A DNA stretch of 64,000 nucleotides. It comes from Glycera tridactyla. Lineage: Eukaryota. The notes under the pieces are model-generated. The model was given only the letters and a program-made list of their open reading frames with translations, did not search any database and was not told the DNA's origin. The translations under genes were made by a program, and so were the position numbers. Positions 51,516 to 62,914 of this stretch are shown piece by piece. The first letter of the stretch is position 1. Each line of letters opens with the position of its first letter. Where the stretch lies: positions 95,108,001-95,172,000 of the forward strand of contig OZ286463.1 in the NCBI GenBank assembly GCA_965644265.1. Direction: 5' to 3'.

Positions 51516-52417
51516 ACAGAGCAAAATAGCCGATTTCGATCGATCTCACAATATTCAAGCTGTCATCTATGGAGATTTGAAATGTTCCAATTTCTCTTGA
51601 TTTTGTGACAGGATTGATGTGAGGAGGAATTCAAGGCAGACTGACAGCTCAGGTAATACATGAAATGACTTGAGTGTCGCCAATCCAAAATGATTTCCAC
51701 CTCATTGCACTAATTCCTGCTGCGTTATATTTACACAAACACAAGTCAAGCTAGTCATGACCGTATTGTGTCACATCAGTGATTCTGACAGTTGAAACAA
51801 TAACCGGGATTAAAATGCCAGAGATGAGAAAGGGGCAGTGAGCTCGATCCCCGGCGATCCCCGGCTACCAATGTGACAACAGCGCATCTAAATCACGGTC
51901 AACACAACCCAGGATTACAGAAGACAAAGTGCTATGGCAACGGTATTCAAATTAGTCAATCAAATTCTCCTGTGGAGGGATTTTTAGATTCCTGATGGGA
52001 TATTCATGAAGGGTTAACAGTATTCAGGGTAAGAGTGGGTAAAGCCGCGTAGGGAGGGGGGCGATCACTTGTTGCCATTGTTACTTGCCGAGCTTCATCC
52101 ACCCAACCATGGAAGGGGGGGGGGGGGGGGGAGTGTGTCCGCCTCAGAGTATCAACAACTTACAGTCTGTTCATTCTAAAAAGACTTCAGTTGCCACTGG
52201 AATTGAATAGAGACTGCAGTCTTAGATAGGACACACTATAACACTGCTTCCTCATTTCTGCCAAGTGGGATCTGATGGTAAACAGGCCCCTGTTTTATGG
52301 TCATATCTTTGTCATACCATAAAGTCTGTCTTCTCATCTTCATAAAATGTAAAACTCATATTTTCTTTCATATAAATTGTTTCTCTCGTATTTTCATTGT
52401 CACATTGTGAGCACATA

Positions 52418-52510
52418 CAGATGAACCTATATACAAAGACCCCCCCCCCCCCCCCCCTGGTCACAACAAAAGGTGGTCTTTGCAGATGGCCTTATAGGAG
52501 GGGTCTCCAA
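52418..52510. mobile_element. Tc1/pogo-type MITE fragment containing an expanded poly-C
   Basis: ta|CAGATGAACCTATATACAAAGAC(C)n TGGTCACAACAAAAGGTGGTCTTTG. Confidence 0.7.
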
Positions 52511-53234
52511 TCTTGGATCTCATGTCACAGAATCCAACATAAAACAGTAAAGAGGGGCGTACTGTATTTTCCATGATTATGCCATGCTCTGAGTGCCATC
52601 AGTAGCTTTGTATGGATTCCACATGAAAATTCCAATCATCCCATACGCTCCTAACTGAAAACATCATTAACTAAACATACTAGCACATAAAAATATAATG
52701 GGAGGTTTATTGAAGCATTTTGATGTGAAAATATTTGACTCGGTTGTTTTGTTCTTGTGAAGTATGAGAACAAAAAAAACCCAGATGATATACTATATCA
52801 TTATTAAACAAACAAACAGTGTAAGCTGAATTGTATGATTGCTTCTTGTGAAAAAAAGAGAATTTACACAAACTATTTGATTCCCATTAAAAAAGCATCT
52901 TTGAACATTTTTTTTGTTTTATAAATGGTTATTGCAATACAAATTCAATTATTTCAGTCTCTTCGCATAATACAAATATTGACATAAAGAAAATATCTGA
53001 TTGAAAATACAGAGAAAAAAGTATGTATATCAGATATCAGAAGGCTGAGATGCCATCCCTTCAACTCCCCACACCTCCTCCAGGAAAAAAAAAGAAAAAA
53101 AAAGCTGAACAAAGTAGCACCTGCCTGACTGAGAGGGAATACACATGGTCACCTCTGACAGTCAGTAGGTGGTCCAGAAGTGGGGTGGGAAGAGATAACA
53201 CTTGTTACTCATACAATCCTTAGACAATCTTTTG

Positions 53235-53450
53235 CAGGGATTTTCTTGCTTGGGAATATGTATGGGTCTTTCAGGCACATTGATGCAGATTTCATGTGCC
53301 CTTTCGGTTTTGTGTGTGCCTCAAACCATGTAATTATATCAAAGTATGGAAAATTCCATGTGCCTTCTGGGCACAAGATATACAGTTTAATGTGCCCTTT
53401 CACAACTTTATGTACCATTTGCCACAGGGCACAGTGTAAAATTATCCCTG
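53235..53450. mobile_element. 216-bp MITE with 6-bp TSD, copy 2
   Basis: cttttg|CAGGGATTTT ... AAAATTATCCCTG|cttttg, collinear with 44777-44992. Confidence 0.92.
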
Positions 53451-53650
53451 CTTTTGCCAACAATGATCAGATCTGATAATGCATCTCTCACATGTATTTG
53501 CACAAATTCATGCCAGTAAAACAAGAAATTGACTAGAAAGAATCTAGCATCTAAAATGTACCCACCACATTTGGATTTGACAGTCATTTCACCAATGCCA
53601 CTGACAATGCTGCCAATGCTACTGGTGCCTGTACTAACCTCATTATACTA

Positions 53651-53887
53651 CAGTGAAACCTGCGATGAGAGGCCCTCCAAAGGGAGACCACTCATTGGTG
53701 ATACAGCACTGCGAGTTTGAATGAAGAGTGAAATCTGTGATGAGAGACCACCCTAAATGTTACCAAAATATGGTTTCTCATCAGAGGTGGTCTCTCATCA
53801 GTGGTAAATTTGACTATGTCAGATAGAAAAGGTGCCCTGGAAAAGCGGTCTCCCATAAGAGGTGGTCTTTCATTGCAGGTTTCACTG
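53651..53887. mobile_element. Two adjacent Tc1/pogo-type MITEs (a left-end fragment at 53651 plus a near-complete copy 53727-53887)
   Basis: ta|CAGTGAAACCTGCGATGAGAGG...; GAGTGAAATCTGTGATGAGAGACCACCC ... TGCAGGTTTCACTG|ta. Confidence 0.85.
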
Positions 53888-56800
53888 TAGTGCATTTATC
53901 CACTTTCCAGGAAGTGAGACGTGTAATAATCAGATTATGCCGAGGGCCGTGGGCTGCCAATCATCACACGAGGAGATGGACACATCCATTCAGTCCCGGC
54001 TGATTGGCTGCGATTGTTTTCACTTCTGTCCATCACACCGCAGATGCTGCAGACAGACTTGGCTGTGTTCATACCATGTTGGTTTCTACTTAACTAACCT
54101 GTAATACGACTAAAATACTACAATTCTAAGTCTCAAGTCACAGAGACTGGCATTACAAAAACAGTTATCAAAAATATTTCGGATTTTTTAGTTTTTGATG
54201 CTTGCTCGCTATGTTGGGTTACAAAAGTACAGGGAAATACGGAACCAACATAGGGAATTCTATTATGTGCAGATGTAAATTCACAGTATGCTCCCAGCAT
54301 GGGTTCTACTTTCTACCCGTGGCATCATCACTTCAACAGACAATGCATCTCTCCCGGCACACAATGCCTTGGTCACCGATACCTGGACACCCACCGAGAC
54401 TGTCACCAATCACAAGAGACCGGAAGAAAATCTTCCTTTTGTTTGAGACAATGTGGTCATGTCAAAATTTGAGAAATGCCATCTTGATGAAAAACCAGAA
54501 CAGTGTTCCTTTGGTACACTTATATTTTCGGAATTTTCTAACTCACAATAACCATGCCATGACGAATTACTTTCACATGCTCTTTCATTATATCATTGGT
54601 TATAACTTGAACCAACATTTTTCTAATGCATATATCATGAGCATCTAATTTCTCATCTTTTAAAAAAGAAAATCAAGCAGAGCATATACAAACAATATAT
54701 TTTATGATTTGCACTCTGGTATCAATCCCAGAGATGAAACATGTATTTTCATTCAAAGATGAAATTTGTTTCTCTATTCTGTAATTGGTGAAATCATGAA
54801 GAAAGATTATAAACCCTTCCTCCATGTTGAAAGCAAACTTCTTCATTCCAGTGTCATGTCAAATTAAATAAAGAAATACATTAGCTGAGGTATGAATTTG
54901 TGTGATAAGAGAGAGTAAATTTCACTCACAATGAGTATATTTTGTTTTGAAACCCACATCAACAGAGTTTTAAATCTATGAGTGACTGCTGTATTGATGC
55001 TGCTAAGTTCCAAATAAATCCACTAGATGGCAGGTGAGATGGTCAGCTGAGATCAGGCAGGACAGTGCCTGGAGATAATTCTCTCAATTGTATCAGTGAA
55101 TTCCTGGATGGAGAGCTGGGGGCTTATCCCATCACAAGTTGACAGTGAATTCCTCCAGTGTGACAGCCTGAAAGACGGCAGACCGCCTTCACCTTATCCA
55201 TCACACAATACACCATCAATACCACCATCATCTCCCAGTCAGCCTGGCATACACCCACTGATTATATACTGATTAAATCACCAACATTCAATCCAAAACA
55301 TAGCTGCCACAGTTGTAGCTTCAGCAGCGAAACTCCAATTTGCTTTTTCATATACTTGAGATGTGCTTTTTTGCAAGTTCAACAGTAGTTTGCATTTTCA
55401 TGTTCAATTTACGCAAAATATGGATAGAAAAAAAGGTGACTCATTGGTCTAAGCCTCTAATCAGTTCACTCATGTTATGCCAACTTTGATGCTAACAGGC
55501 TGCTAAAGTACATGAGCGGATTTTTATAACCAATTGTACTCGACTGTTTGCGTTATAATACACTCATCAAACAGATGATGTTGTGTTTTATTTGACTAAA
55601 AACCAGAACAATACGAGTTGAAGCTCATGAAATGGAGTTGGTTCCATGCTACATTAAACAAACACACCATTAGCGGTACTTCTATCACCTTAATTGCTCA
55701 ACAATCACTGCACAAAATAAAAATCATCCCCAACACCTCTAACGGTATGTATTCCATAACTGAACATCAGAACAATAAGTACCAGTGCTCTTTTAATTTT
55801 TCTGATGCATTCCTTTTCAGATCATATTCACTGCCAAGCAAAACATTTTTCTCCTTTGCTGTTTTTTTTTCTCCATTATGAAGAACCGGGGACTCTGGAC
55901 AATGTATATCTAATATCACAGATTAGGGAAGTTGTTCAAATCTAATGCACCATGAAGATTTTGGAATTCTTGTACTCAATGGTGACAGTAGGAGAATAAC
56001 TATGCACCGGGAGTTGTCACATGACTAATTTACCCCTACTGCGCACACCGGCCCTAAGGGGTCTCAAAGCAGCTGCAGATACTTGATAAAGAGATTTTTC
56101 ATCAAGTTCTGATTCCCAATGGGACAAATGTACCATGAACAAATATTCCTCATCAATGATTCTGGATGGATTCCTTATTTGTATGCAAATCCTAGTCCAT
56201 GGATCTTATGGTTCACCAGTATATTCATAGATCAGAACATACCTAGCCAAAACGAGGGATTTCCTGACGTGCTAAAAGACACAGAATTGGAAATGGGCAT
56301 GGACAACTATATGTGTCGAAAAACGCATAAGGGTTCAGTATACTTAGTCAGGATCAGATAAAAGTCACATCAATGTGCCAAAAAGGCCAAAGCATCCAAG
56401 TACATTTTGCATCATGGACAAATTTCCCACTTGGTTTTTTAAGAACTTCAAACCTATGGTTGCCCATCCACAAATAATGATGCAAAAGTCATGTAATATG
56501 ATGAGATTCTCCAGAACAGAATCGGCTAAATCACACCAAATCTGATATTTATCATAGGCTGACACGTGACTGCCCATCCCAGTGTCACGGTGAGATGATC
56601 GACCGATACAAGTTGCATTTGCACGGAATCTAAAGTGGATCGAACCACGTGTAGAGCCCAACCCCGATAATTAGTTGATAATTACTGGCACATATCGACT
56701 CAATATTTGGCATGAAGTCTCTACTAAGTTGGTTCAAATCTCCCAACCACCGATCCTAATCAGGTATCGAGTGTGCAATGCACATCTGTTCACTGAACGA

Positions 56801-56946
56801 ATGTCAACATCTTATTTGGGCGCAAGCCAGGAGCTGCCATACTAAACTGACATCTAGGATGTGGAAATCTACCAAGTGAAAAGAATGAGAAGGTTTGATG
56901 AGATTGAATTGTTGAGTTTTTTTTTTGTCCATTTCAGTAAGACATA

Positions 56947-57661
56947 CAGTATAAAGACCGCCTTTGGTCACATGAAAATGTGGCCTTTACAGGGAGATGG
57001 TCTTTATAGAGAGGTCATCTACTGCAGAGCTGCATCCAGGTATTCATCAAGTGGGGCCAATTTCGGGCCAATTGGCCCCTATCTATGAAAAAATTGCGCC
57101 AATACTGATAAATTGGGGCCAACCGAAAAACCGAATTTACAATGAGGACAATGACACAAAAATCGTCACAGAACACATTTTTCCCGCCAAAACGTGATCC
57201 TTCTCCAACCCACCATTAGTTCCGACTATCACCGCGTGTTTGGCGCTGCGCAGTTTGAAGCCATTTGAAATACGTGCGCTGATTGGCCGAGATTGACAGG
57301 TTACCTTTCTAAGAGCCAATCAGAATTGAGAAGACAAATCGCCGTCGTCTTCGCACCGGAGCAATGGCTACCGCTCGTCATAACGCAAGTCATAACGCCA
57401 GATTTTATCAGATTAAACATGACGAAATACAGGTTTGTGGCGCGTTTTGCTCGCCGAATCGCGTAGATATTTCGATATTAGCGTAGCGGTTGGCGCCCTT
57501 TCATATTCGAATCGCGCCAATGTTCGTTTTTTCACATAAATCCCGCCAAGGCGCGGCCTGGATGCAGCGCTGTACTGTTGAAAATACTACCACTGTCGTA
57601 GCTCTGGGTGACCATCATAGAGAGGTGGTCTTTATAGAGGTGGTCTTTAGAGGTTTGACTG
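56947..57661. mobile_element. Tc1/pogo-type MITE (5656-5832 family) split by a nested insertion
   Basis: The left half (56947-57024) and right half (57573-57661) rejoin to match 5656-5832 collinearly. Confidence 0.88.
57025..57572. mobile_element. 548-bp non-autonomous TIR element with 5-bp TSD, nested in a MITE
   Basis: tactg|CAGAGCTGCATCCAGG ... CCTGGATGCAGCGCTG|tactg. TIRs match 15/16, CpG-rich interior with GCGCC/GGGCCAAT subterminal motifs. Confidence 0.92.
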
Positions 57662-58147
57662 TAACATGAAACATGCAGTGAGAGAAATCCTAATGGCAGA
57701 GTGTATTTTGAGGGAGTCTCATTTCCATCTGACATTGTTGAATATATGACTGAGCCAGAATAAAATGGGACGCAATAGAATGCAGAAGCGGTCTCCTATT
57801 GGAGGTGGTCTCTCATCGCAAGGTTCACTGTATCATCATATTTCTCCAATTGGTCCTGTCAAACAATCAAGTGAAAATTATAGGATGGTGTGACATGACA
57901 TATCCACAAATATCTTATTGTTTATCGGTACTCCATAGATATGTATCAGCTAGAATTGGGAAATCTTGATTGGATGGATTACAGCCACATTCTGTTTCTG
58001 GTTTAGAATGTCATTCCCGTCCTTGGATCAGCCCATATGGTTCTCAGAATACTGAGTTTTTGTTGGAAGTTTACTACTAATGAATGCATAGATAACAATG
58101 ATCTTCAGAGGAAATGGGTTTCTAAAGATATCTGTCAAATCCAAATA

Positions 58148-58325
58148 CAGTGAAACCTGTCTTGGGAGACCCCTCTTTTGGGAGACCACCCTCTAATGGG
58201 AGACCGCTCTCTATCGGCTCTTCTCTATTTGACATAGTCAAATATACCTCCAATGAGAGACCACCTGTCTTGAGAGACCTCTTTTCATTGGCTTTTGGGG
58301 TGGTCTCCCAAGACAGGTTTTACTG
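58148..58325. mobile_element. Tc1/pogo-type MITE, young 178-bp subfamily, copy 3
   Basis: ta|CAGTGAAACCTGTCTTGGGAGACC ... GGTCTCCCAAGACAGGTTTTACTG|ta. Confidence 0.95.
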
Positions 58326-60214
58326 TATTCTCAAAAATAAATGCATCAATATTTTTTGAAAAACATCTACAGAGATGTGTTACTCAATGAGAAATGAGCA
58401 ATATTAGCATATCATTTGAAAATCTTATCCATCTCCCTCAGATTATTCAATATTAAACTTTTCCTAGAATTATACCACCTTTATGGAGCACCAGGAGGTA
58501 ATTGAACAATTATGTAATTAATGCTACAAGCAAACAATGCATACATCCATTTCACCTGGTCACAAAATTAGCAAGTGCTCTTTTTCAAGAAATATTTTCT
58601 TTTGAAAAAAGCTGGCATGCAGTGATTATTTATTCAACAGAACATGCATTCTGCATTTGTTGCCCCTAATCTCTCATTACTGACCTCCCAACAGATCAGC
58701 CTTTTGACAGGTTCTGTCCTTAGAGGCAACCAACTGAGCACATGGTCATATGACCTAGCTTGATGGTGGCACAGGCAAAATGTCCACACAAAAGTTGTGC
58801 ATTTATCATGGAGGTTTCAACGAGAACTGCCACCTGAATGACTGGCATGTGTCTGAAAAAAATTGCCCCATAATAAGTATTGTCTATCCGTAATTACAGA
58901 AAATGAGTGGGAAGTCTAATCGAAAAGACGTCACTCACGGCTAAGTAGGTATTGTTAGTGAGGTAACGGGGAGAGCATACCTGTAATTTTTGCCTGATGT
59001 GGCATGATCATAAATGGCTTTTTAATCGCAAGTTTGCAAGCGATGGCTTCACCATCACGCAAATAATTTTGTGAAGACGATGTCAGTAACGCAGTATCTT
59101 GCAGTAGGTGGCGCTCTCATCAATCATTCTCGTCATCTGGGTAACAGCCATTGCAGCTGAACTTCAAACATACAATAATCCTAATCACCTCCAGGATGTT
59201 TCGAAACTGCAATCACAGATTCTCTTATGTCAATCCCAGCTCATGTAATATTTCAGGGTGTCCATCACAGTCAGGTATTTGACCAGTACAGGATTTCCAT
59301 GCTAAACCAATTCTCTACAAAGGAAACCTATCTACAACAAAAACCACTCTTCGATGAAACTAATAGTTGTCTTTATACATACATGTATGTATATAAATGC
59401 CACAATTAATAAGTATTTCCTCAATTACCAATATTGCTGGTATTTTTTGGTCAATCATAGCAGATACAAACCACACAAATGTCTAACTCTGCCATAATTT
59501 CTCGGTAAATGGCTCGGGAACATGTGAGGTATAATTACAAGGGGCAGATGTTCTGGCAGCAACTTCTGTTTTCACGCATGATTTGCAGCCATCTTTACGT
59601 CACCGTGCTGTTAATTTGCCCATGCCGCATTTCGATGATGTGACGTTTATATGCGGTAAACGTCACATGTATGTTATGATAATGAGCACCCTTACATGTC
59701 AACCTGAGGTCAAACAACCGTTTAACATACGGTGAACTGCAGCATTCAAGATGTCTGTATCTTCTGAGATAAAGTCCATCAAAGATAACATGTCAATCTC
59801 AATTACCGATTAGGACATCATGTGACATTCTTAACAAATACATATTTTCTAGATAGTACGTCACCTCATGCCTGAATTAGACGGACACTAGGTGAAATCT
59901 CGATTCAAAATCACAATTCTATGCCTTTAATACAGGTTACAAGGAAATATTTGTGGAACATGAAATTACATTTTCTGAGAAATAGCAAGGGGTAGGATGA
60001 TATTTACTGTATCTGCGACATTCATAAATATCACACACTAACTGTTGGAAAGTTATTTTTGAGTACAAACAGCATAAATGCAAGAAATGATGCTTGTGAA
60101 AAAAGATATTTTCTATGGTAAATTGGTCTCCCATCAGAAGACCACTTTCTGATGGGAGTCTCTCTTCTCTCTCTTACCAATAATCACAGTCTTGTTTTCT
60201 CATTCTTCAAATAG

Positions 60215-60324
60215 AAAGGTGTACATGATGAAGAGACTACACACAAATGCCTGGCTTATTTCACCCCGGAGTGGATCACCTGTAATACAAGGAATCTTAA
60301 TCAGGATGATCAAAGAATATACAG
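60215..60324 (+). CDS. Candidate internal exon of an unidentified gene
   Basis: Strong acceptor ttgttttctcattcttcaaatag and donor CAG|gtgagt. Two of three frames are open. Confidence 0.3.
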
Positions 60325-62269
60325 GTGAGTTGAGTGAGGCTGAAGCACCATAACTCCCGCGGTCTCATATTACAACAAGATGAGAGAGAAAGCAGAACTT
60401 CCTCGCCTCATGCTAAGCGCATGCACGAGTAAGTTACATGACGTTAAGTCATTATTCTGGCAACTGAGACACGGCACTCCCGCGCCACCACGCCGTCACA
60501 CCGCACATGATGACAACGCTCACCGTAGCTCTTTTCCCGAGGAGCGCGTAAAAACATTAAGATGGAGGCTGAGTGAAGCTAATGCGAGTTACACGCTTCA
60601 AAGAATCCATGCCTCGGATCCATAAATCACTAATATTATGTCACTTAGGTAACCCACTGAGTCTCAAGTGTATCATAGCTCAACATACATTTTCTGAGGT
60701 CAGGGAGTAGCACATCCATTTTCTGCAGAATACACACAATAATGCCAACAGACACTCAATGTATATCTGATCATTTACAGACACTTAATAATGGTAAAGA
60801 CTTCCTGACATAATTCTAGTAAATACTAAAAGTGATAACCTTTTGTAGGGTTTCTTGCTCTGGATTAATTTTCCAGGTAGTAGCTCTGATAGACAGATAT
60901 TCAATTCTAAAGTGTGCCATCATATTTGTGGATGAGTCAAAATCATATATTGCTTGGGTTTTCAAGCAATGATAAACATGAGTTTCCCATCTCACCTTGA
61001 TGGAACATGTATGATGTTGAAACAAGTGCAGATCCGAATCCAAACTGCGATTTAACAAATCACGGAGCTCGAAAATATCTATGTTTCAGAAAAATGGTGC
61101 ACAACAGTAGGAAATATCATTCTAGTTATAAGAAGGAAAATGGAGAATATGATATTATGATATATATTTCACAGAAAAATACAATTCAAACTTCCTGTTA
61201 TGAAATTATAAAACAGAATCCCATGATTGTATTCCTGAAATCTTTGCAGAAGTTTTCATACATTTATGTGATCTTCAGCCAATGACAGAAGGCTTTTGAC
61301 CTTTGACATGGATAATATAGAACTATAATACAGGTCCTGAATCTATTTCAGACCTTATTATCAATATGATGATACAGTCCCCAGAAATAATACGCAAATC
61401 TTAAGAACCTTGCCCTGCACTCATGGCATTATTATAAGAGAATAACCCAAGTTAGCTAATTAGAGAGTTGATGGATGGAATATCATAAGATCTGAAATAT
61501 ATATGACCTTGAGAGGGTCACAATTCAGCGAATGTGCTTGCCACTCGACAGTTGTTGACACGGCACGCCACCCAGAATGCCATTCACGCAACAATCGGCG
61601 ATCTGGACAGTTGCCAACCGCTGAAGCGGAGACGCACAGGTAAATTATCGGCGAAACTTGACTTTTTTGGGGGATTAAAATTTGCCAACTGACTAACCAC
61701 CAAAAGATAAGGAGATATTTTTTAAGTCCAAATCAAATGGACATGTCACCCGTCAAACTCTCAAGATCCCTGGGGAGATGCCAACGTTTATTGTTTTCAT
61801 GCATAAATCATGAATAAAGCTGAATCAAATAAATCCATTTTCTCTCAAGCTTTCAGTATCGCTAGATGAGTGAGATTCCATTCATTACCCAGACTTCCAT
61901 ACCCATCATCTTTGATATCCTTGAATATAAGCCATTCAGATCTGAAAAATTGAATCATCCCAACACGCGCACACGCGCGCACACACACACACACAAATAC
62001 TTTTGATAATTTCAACACATGAAATTAAAGATCAGCTATGAACATATTCAATTAATTCTTGAGTTTCATGAATTCCATTTGGAACCTGCTGTTTCAAAAT
62101 ATTGAAAATATTCAAACATATGACAGAAGGCAACTTCCCATGAACCAAAAAGATGCCCAGCCTGTTTTTATACCAGAAAATTATGAATGTAATAGGAGTG
62201 AAAACTCATAAAAATTGATGGAGTAATTATGCCAATAGGGAAGTGCAGAACTGATGGGATCCTAATGAT

Positions 62270-62620
62270 AACGTAGGTCGCCAACAAATGCACAACCGCA
62301 TTTAATTATCTCCGCTGGCAAAAAATGACCACAGGTCAATTGTGTTCATGAGAGATGCCATCGGGAATGTTGGAATATCACGTCAATATATCGCACTGAC
62401 ATAATGGCGCGACCTGAAGCGCTGCCAAAGTGGGAGGGTCAGTGACTTTACTTCACGTCAACGGCTGGCAGGTTAGGGGATGGGATCCAACACGGCACGC
62501 TGGCACGTGTCCCCCATCCCCGTATCCCGTCTGGCCCTTCCCGGTGCCGCCATTCAAATCAGTGGCAGTATTTTGTGGGCGGGTGTGACGGGTAGCATGG
62601 CAGGTTTTATCAGGAATAAT
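62270..62620. promoter_or_regulatory. CpG-rich candidate promoter region
   Basis: CpG enrichment, ACGTCA motifs, and AATGGCG (YY1-like) motifs on both strands. Confidence 0.25.
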
Positions 62621-62811
62621 TGTTGGAGTATATCATCATATCAGATTTCTATTTCAGACTTCGGACAAACAACTGCTGACATTGTCATAAAAACACTGAT
62701 ATATTTGATGGATGTTAATAAAGCAATTGCCCAGTTTCATTTCTGGACCTGAGCATGAATGGACCAAATGATAACGGCAGAGTATCTTGGACTAAATCAG
62801 GTTAATAATTA

Positions 62812-62914
62812 CAGTCGAACCTCCCTATAAAGACCACCTTTGGTCGCACCAAAATGTGGCCTTTATAGGGAGGTGGTCTTTATAGAGAGGTGGTCTTTAG
62901 AGGAGGTTCGACTG
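62812..62914. mobile_element. 103-bp internally deleted Tc1/pogo-type MITE
   Basis: ta|CAGTCGAACCTCC ... GGAGGTTCGACTG, perfect 13-bp TIRs. The right-hand TA is absent. Confidence 0.88.

Noticed and set aside
54202-54648. Longest supplied ORF (148 aa)
   Set aside because: Non-ATG start, AT-rich composition typical of intergenic sequence, and no domain or splice support.
37789-58359. Recurrent peptide MKPVLGDPSFGRPPSNGRPL... in ORFs at 37789, 39103 and 58150, resembling a gene family
   Set aside because: All are translations of the same 178-bp non-coding MITE.
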